Origin: Octopus vulgaris
Lineage: Eukaryota
Direction: 5' to 3'
Length of the DNA: 64,000 bases
NCBI GenBank assembly: GCA_951406725.2
Contig: OX597830.1
Location: 27,342,001-27,406,000, forward strand
Position 1 is the stretch's first letter. Every line of letters begins with the position of its first letter. Both the position numbers and the translations under genes were made by a program. The notes under the pieces were generated by a model, which was given only the letters and a program-made list of their open reading frames with translations, was not told where the DNA came from and ran no database searches. Below, piece by piece: positions 57,132 through 64,000 of the stretch.

Positions 57132-57391
57132 GAAGAAGAGAAAATAAACAGAGAGAATAAAGAAACTTGTGCATTTAGCAATCAAACATGGCAACTGGGT
57201 AGGAAAAAACATGTTTGGCAGGAGAGGTACAAAGAAGGAGAGATAATAAAGTATTGGTGATTCCAAAACGAAGGTGCGCGGGCGTGTGTGTGTGTATGTG
57301 AGAATGAGTAAATGTGTGTTTGTGTGTGTAAGTGTGTACGTCTGTAATGTGTATGCATACATACATATCTAGATTACAATATGTATGCATA

Positions 57392-57778
57392 CTTACAAGT
57401 TCAGATTACAAGTTCAGGTTTATACCTGTAATCAGTGGGTCACTGAGGTATGTAACACGCTGCCTAAATACCAATTTTGAGAAATTAGGCTTCTCAATAT
57501 TAGAAAAGAAAAAGCTGATTCAAAGACTACAGATCCAAGCCATCATTGGAACTGTAAATATTTGTAAAACTTTTCAGAAGTTTATCATTTAAGTATATAT
57601 GAGCCTGTCTAGCTATGCAAGTATATGCATGAGAAGACATGCATAAAACAAAACACACAAACCTGCACGTAAAAATACCCGGTTGTTATTCTTGAAATTC
57701 CAATGAAGGAGCCTTGGATCTAGGTTAGAAAGCAACTCTTTCTCCATTGGCAAGAAATCTTGAAATAAAACTGAATAA
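57392..57778 (+). mobile_element. 5'-truncated R4/Dong-type LINE 3' end
   Basis: FIPVISGSLRYV...LGF...LQIQAIIGTVNICKTF* (RLE C-terminus, stop at 57592), hairpin-containing UTR, AATAAA, then (CATA)n. Confidence 0.75.
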
Positions 57779-58236
57779 CATACATACATAAATACATACA
57801 TACATACATACATACATACACACATAAATACATACATACAATCAAACATATAAAGACTGATATTTATAAAACAAGTTTGTTTTCTGAAAAGAAGGGAAAA
57901 AAAGAATTGGGTTCACTTTAATGTTCAAAACTTTATCTAAACGCGCGCGCGCGCACACACACGCACACACATACAAGGACATAATATATACAGGTATATT
58001 CTTTTATTTGTTTTCATTCTTTTACCTGTTTCAGTCATGCTGGAGCACCGCCTTAAACGGTTTTAGCTGAATGGATCGACCCCAGTACTTATTTTTTAAA
58101 AGCCTATTTACTTATTCTATCGCTCTCTTTTACCGACCGATAAGCTACGCGGATGTAAACAAACCAACACCGGTTGTCAAGTGGTGATGAGGCGTGGTGG
58201 TACAAACAGACACAAAGATACACAAATAGATTTATA

Positions 58237-58293
<57 letters not shown>

Positions 58294-58308
58294 GACAGTC
58301 TTCTTTCA

Positions 58309-58348
<40 letters not shown>

Positions 58349-58349
58349 G

Positions 58350-58401
<52 letters not shown>

Positions 58402-58632
58402 GTCGAGGCGCCTGGCTTAGTGCTTAGGGTGTTAGCATCATGATCGTAAGATTGTGGTTTCGATTCCTGGACCGGGCGACGCGTTGTGTTTTTGACCAAA
58501 ACACTTCATTTACTGACAAAAATCAGTAACGCTGCGATGGACTGGCGTCCCGTCCAGCTGGGGTACACATACCCCATTGAAATCGGGAAATCAGGCCCAT
58601 GAGCCTGGCTAGGCTTTAAAAGGGCGCATTTA
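58402..58632 (+). mobile_element. SINE head B + tail 3 (V-domain-like motif)
   Basis: CTGCGATGGACTGGCGTCCCGTCCAG resembles the V-SINE conserved motif; tail shared with 24145-24250. Confidence 0.8.
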
Positions 58633-58635
58633 TTA

Positions 58636-58679
<44 letters not shown>

Positions 58680-59867
58680 TGTGTGTGTGTGTGTGAGTGT
58701 GTGTGTGAGTGTGTGTGTATGTGTGTGTGTGTGTGTGTGTACGCACATATACATACGTATCTGCATAGTGCAAACAGATACATGTAATTCAAAGAGCGTG
58801 AGTTGATGCTGTAAAATACCGAATTGCTCAATATACGCCACCAAAGCCGCGGTGAACGTTGTGCGCGCATGTGTATATGTATGCGTGTACGTATGTAAGT
58901 ATCTATCTACACATACATGCATACATGTATACATAGATGCATATTTACATACATCCACCATATGCATATATTGCCTGTTACTTCTATAGCAAGGCCTCTT
59001 ACTGGTTCTTGGGTGTTTAGAAGAAAGCAACATTCAAAGGCCTTTCACAAAGGTTATATAATCAAATCACAAGGTGGCCATGGGCGTTTTGTCATTTGCT
59101 AAGCTGATGGCGTTTCGTCTGTTGCAATAAAGAAAAACAGGAAGCGTTTCATGTTGTGTCTACAAGGAAAGATTAACTCTGTTTTTAATTTGCTCATTAT
59201 TTGTGTTGGGTGGTTTATTAGACGGCGTTTCTTGGGTTAGGCGGCGACGATGACAGTGTTAACAAAGACTACGATGGCATTAATGAAGTTGATGATAATG
59301 TTGATGATGATGATGATGACGACAACGACAACAACGACGGCGCCGAGGGTAAGGAAGTCGGTAACGGTATTGATTGCGTACACAACGACGATAATAATGA
59401 TTACGAATATGATTATGATCGTAATTATGATCGTGATTATGATCATCATTATGACTGTGATTATGATCACTGAGACCATGATAATAATGATAGTTAATGA
59501 GAAAGTGGATGAGATTGCTTAAGAGATAAGAAGGGAATAAAGATGAAGTATGCTAGGGCTGATTCAGGCAAAAGAGTCATCGGCTGGGAGTAGAAGAAAA
59601 GAAATATAAAATTGCAGATAGAAGATTGTAATGGCGGCGACGTGGTGAAAAGGAAAAATGAATATATAGAGACAGAACTGGTAGAGAGAGAGAGGGAGAG
59701 AGAGAGAGAGAGAGAGAAAGAGAAAGAGAAAATAGAGGGATAAATAGATTGATAGACAGGGAGAGATAGAGAGAGAGGGAGGGCGATAGATCAGTAGATG
59801 AATAGATAAATAGATAGGTTGATAGATAGATAGATATAATGTGTGTATGATAGAGATAAAGAGAGAA

Positions 59868-59898
<31 letters not shown>

Positions 59899-59997
59899 GG
59901 GGGAGAGAGAGAAAGTGGGAGAGAAAGAGTGAGCAGACAGAAAACTCTGAATATTAACTAGAGTGCACAATGAAAGAGCGCAATGCAGATATATAGG

Positions 59998-60031
<34 letters not shown>

Positions 60032-60815
60032 CACACTCACACACACACTTATACATATATATAGAGAGAGAAAGAGAGAAAGAGAGACAGAGAGAAGGAC
60101 AGAGGGTGAATGAAAGAAAGACAAACGGGGAGAGACTGAGAGTGAGGGAGAGAGAGAGAAAGAGAGGAAGGAGACAAATCTTGGAGTAAGGTTACCGATA
60201 ACAAGATGCCAACAAAAAATATAAATAAGTTGTAAAAATATGCTGTGGGTGGTTGAATTATGGGTAAAGAAATAAAGAGAAAGAGAGAGCGTGTGAGAGA
60301 GAGAGTGGGATAGATAAGTATGTGGTGGTGGTGGTGGTGGTGGTGGTGGAGAGGAAGCAGGTAAAAGACTTTAGAGAAAGAAGTGGGCGATAGTGTGTGG
60401 CGTCAGTGAAAGTGAAAACTGTGATAACACAAACTTGGTCAGTCTATGAGGGAATGCAGTGGCTGAAATGAAAATTATAAAAAAAACAGTTAGGTTGATG
60501 ATGATGATGGTGGTGGTGTTTGTGATGGTGATGACAATAATGATGATGATGTGGAAGAAGAGGATGGGGAAGAAGAAGAAGAAGAAGAAGAAGAAGAAGA
60601 AGAAGAAGAAGAAGAAGAAGAAAGAAGAAGAAGAAGAAGAAGAAGAAGAAGAAGAAGAAGAAGAAGAAGAAGAAGAAGAAGAAACATGCAACAATTTCAC
60701 TCGAAATGTCTAAATTACTTTCAATTATGCTTTAAGTCGGAATGCTCTGTGATCGAACCTGTATCATGGTCATTGTAAAATTTTATTAATAAACAACTAC
60801 AAGTTACCCCACCAT

Positions 60816-60901
<86 letters not shown>

Positions 60902-61257
60902 TGAAACTCCATGTTCCAGATCGAGTATGTTACAAAATATAACGAATATTATTTTCAGAATATTCAATGGCAACACTGTAGGACATTGAAAGCAGAAACG
61001 GCTGTTAGATGAGATAAAGTTTTGTATTAAAAAATAATAATCGATGTTAGTCAATTGTTGCCGATCAAGATTTCTCCCTTTTCTGCTTAATTTAAATTTA
61101 ATTCCTGAGAAACTCATTTTTATCTTTGTCATTGCCTGTATCCTATGAGCATAATATTCATGCATATGTACACCTAGGGTTAACATAGGTAATTATACCG
61201 GTAGAAAAACGGCTATTTTTATCCCTTAGACGGTTATTTCAACATCTAACTCTACTA

Positions 61258-61322
<65 letters not shown>

Positions 61323-61333
61323 TGATATGCATA

Positions 61334-61498
61334 AAAGGGAGTGCTGAAAAGTTCCTGGCTTTGGGTAAAAGCAAGTACAGGAACATCAGTTAATTTGTTG
61401 TAGTGGTCTTTCAGTTTTCCTAAGTCCTTTAAGAGAACTCAGAAGCTTGAGGCCTTTCACGAAACCCTTAAAGTCAGGAACTTTTCAACAGCACCTTG
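61334..61498. mobile_element. mariner-derived MITE
   Basis: TIRs AAGGGAGTGCTGAAAAGTTCCTGGCTTT / AAAGTCAGGAACTTTTCAACAGCACCTTG, TA flanks. Confidence 0.85.
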
Positions 61499-61523
61499 TA
61501 TATGTATGTATGTATGTATGTAT

Positions 61524-61932
61524 AGGCGCAGGAGTGGCTGTGTGGTAAATAGCTTGCTAACCAACCACATGGCTCCGGGTTCAGTCCCACTGCGTGGCAT
61601 CTTGGGCAAGTGTCTTCTGCTATAGCTCCGGGCCGACCAATGCCTTGTGAGTGGATTTGGTAGACAGAAACTGAAAGAAGCCTGTTGTATATATGTATAT
61701 ATATATATATGTATGTGTTTGTGTGTCTGTGTTTGTCTCCCTAGCATTGCTTAACAACCGATGCTGGTGTGTTTACGTCCCCGTCACTTAGCGGTTCGGC
61801 AAAAGAGACCGATAGAATAAGTACTGGGCTTACAAAGAATAACTCCCGGGGTCGATTTGCTCGACTAAAGGCGGTTCTCCAGCATGGCCGCAGTCAAATG
61901 ATTGAAATAAGTAAAAAGAGTAAAAAAAAGAG
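61524..61932 (+). mobile_element. Full-length family C SINE
   Basis: Complete head, core, internal microsatellite and 3' half. Confidence 0.9.
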
Positions 61933-62121
61933 TATGTATGTATGTATGTATGTATGTATGTATGTATGTATGGATGTATATATCTCTGTGTGTGTGTGTG
62001 TGAGTGTATGTGTGAGTGTACGTGTCATTGATTTTGCATTTGTCCCTCATCAGCGCTTGACCGATCATGTTGGTTTGTGTACGTCTCCGTAGCTTTTTAT
62101 CTTATCGGTAAAAGTGATCAA

Positions 62122-62353
62122 TACTCTTTTACTTGTTTCAGTTATTTGACTGTGGCCATGCTGGAGTACCGCCTTTAGTCGAGCAAATGAGCCCAGGACT
62201 TATTCGTTGTAAGCCTAGTACTTATTCTATCGGTCTGTTTTGCCGAACCGCTAAGTGACGGGAACATAAACAAAACAGCATCAGTTGTCAAGCGATGTTG
62301 GGGGACAAATACAGACACACACACATACATACATACATGCATACATACATACA

Positions 62354-62418
<65 letters not shown>

Positions 62419-62812
62419 CCAGAGAACAAACTGTACGCAGGCCGCTATATATATATAAAATACAAAATGGGACAAGAACGCAAGACATCCAGAAGACGAT
62501 ACAAAAAACACGGACGGGTCATTCGAAGCCTTTAATCTTCAGTCAAGAACCGGATCATCCTCGCAATTTCGGCTGATTAATCTTGAGATTGCTCCAATCT
62601 GGCCAGCCCCAAGGAAAAACTAAGCTAAGAGCATTAGATTCCTTGGAAAAAGGATATATATATATACGACGAGCTTCTTTCAGTTTCCGTCTACCAAATC
62701 CACTCACAAGGCTTTGGTCGGCCCGAGGCTATAGTAGTAGACACTTGCCCAAGGTGCCACGCAGTGGGACCGCACCCGGAACCATGTAGTTCGTAAGCAA
62801 GCTACTTACCAC
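62122..62812 (-). mobile_element. Family C SINE with ~235-bp insert in its internal (TA)n
   Basis: 3' half 62122-62320, insert 62418-62653, 5' half 62666-62812. Confidence 0.85.
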
Positions 62813-63067
62813 ACCGGAATTGAAAATAAGTATTGAAATCAATATGCTTTGCTAAAACTGTTCAAGGCAGTACTCCAGCATGGTCGCAGTCCAATATCTG
62901 AAACAAGTAAGAAAAAAATAGACGTTAAAATATAATCCAGCTATCCCGGATAAAAAGAGAATAAGAAGAAAGACTTCACGCATGAAACCTGCAGCATGTC
63001 TGAGAGATATATAGAAATCTTGAATGCGATTCGCTAAATTTGCTAAACGAAGTTCTGATTGGGAATT

Positions 63068-63397
63068 CTTCTTAAAGACTCCGCCGGTTACGACGACGAG
63101 GGTCCCAGCTGATACGATCAACGGAACAGCTTGCTCGTGAAATTAACGTGTAAGTGGCTGAGTACTCCACAGACACGTGTACCCTTAACGTAGTTCTCGG
63201 GGATAATCAGCGTGACACAGAGAGTGACAAGGCTGACCCTTTGAAATACAAGTACAACTCATTTTTGCCAGCTGAGTGGACTGGAGCAACGTGAAATAAA
63301 GTGTCTTGCTCAAGGACACAACGCGTCGCCGGGAATCGAACTCACAACCTTACTATCATGAGCCGAATGCCCTAACCACTAAGCCACGCGCCCTCAC
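63068..63397 (-). mobile_element. SINE head B + tail 1, with TSD
   Basis: TSD TGATTGGGAATT at 63056-63067 and 63398-63409; intact A and B boxes. Confidence 0.92.
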
Positions 63398-63656
63398 TGA
63401 TTGGGAATTAGAACGAGCGGAATCGGGAAGTGAAATTCATTTGATAAGCTCTTATCAACGTAACTAGAGAATGGTCAGGTTTACACATTCCATCGATGAC
63501 AGCGAAGGAATGAAAGAGTTTCATTACACATTCTATCAAGGCGGGACAGCACATGATTGGAAAAAATATATGTATTTCCGTGTACGTGTCTCTATTTTTC
63601 ACTCTCCTCTTTGCCTGTGTATCAAAGCCACTCTAAATTCCTCAATAAATCACTGC

Positions 63657-63876
<220 letters not shown>

Positions 63877-63899
63877 TTTTCTGTCTGTCTAACTATCTG

Positions 63900-63954
<55 letters not shown>

Positions 63955-64000
63955 GTCTGACTGTCTGTCTGACTGTCTGTCTGTCTGTCTGCCTGTCTGT

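Noticed and set aside
57700-57752. SECIS or hammerhead in the Dong-like UTR
   Set aside because: ATGA...GA(AA) present but spacing and helices do not fit either model
60459-60778. Poly-K/E/R ORFs
   Set aside because: (GAA)n tract; may form triplex DNA but has no coding support

Overview
Repeat-saturated, AT-rich eukaryotic DNA with no recognisable host protein-coding exon, rRNA, intact tRNA or CRISPR. The extreme density of (TA)n, (CA)n, (CATA)n, (ATCT)n and trinucleotide microsatellites and the SINE families present point to an octopus (coleoid cephalopod) intergenic or intronic region; this is inference, no database was consulted. Almost all ORFs in the supplied track are microsatellite translation artefacts. 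Real content: at least four tRNA-headed SINE groups in dozens of copies; a decayed but nearly complete FLYWCH-MULE DNA transposon (29.4-31.1 kb); mariner remnants and a MITE; RTE, R4/Dong-type and Penelope-like retroelement fragments; a 60-bp higher-order minisatellite; several palindromes; and a 100-N scaffold gap. The most notable signals are (i) several different Penelope-type minimal hammerhead-ribozyme motifs, (ii) apparent partitioning of microsatellite types among retroelements (Dong-like at (CATA)n, one SINE tail at (ATCT)n, Penelope-type ends at (TA)n), and (iii) head-by-tail shuffling of SINE modules. Element boundaries are approximate. I see no firm evidence of a new protein-based system.
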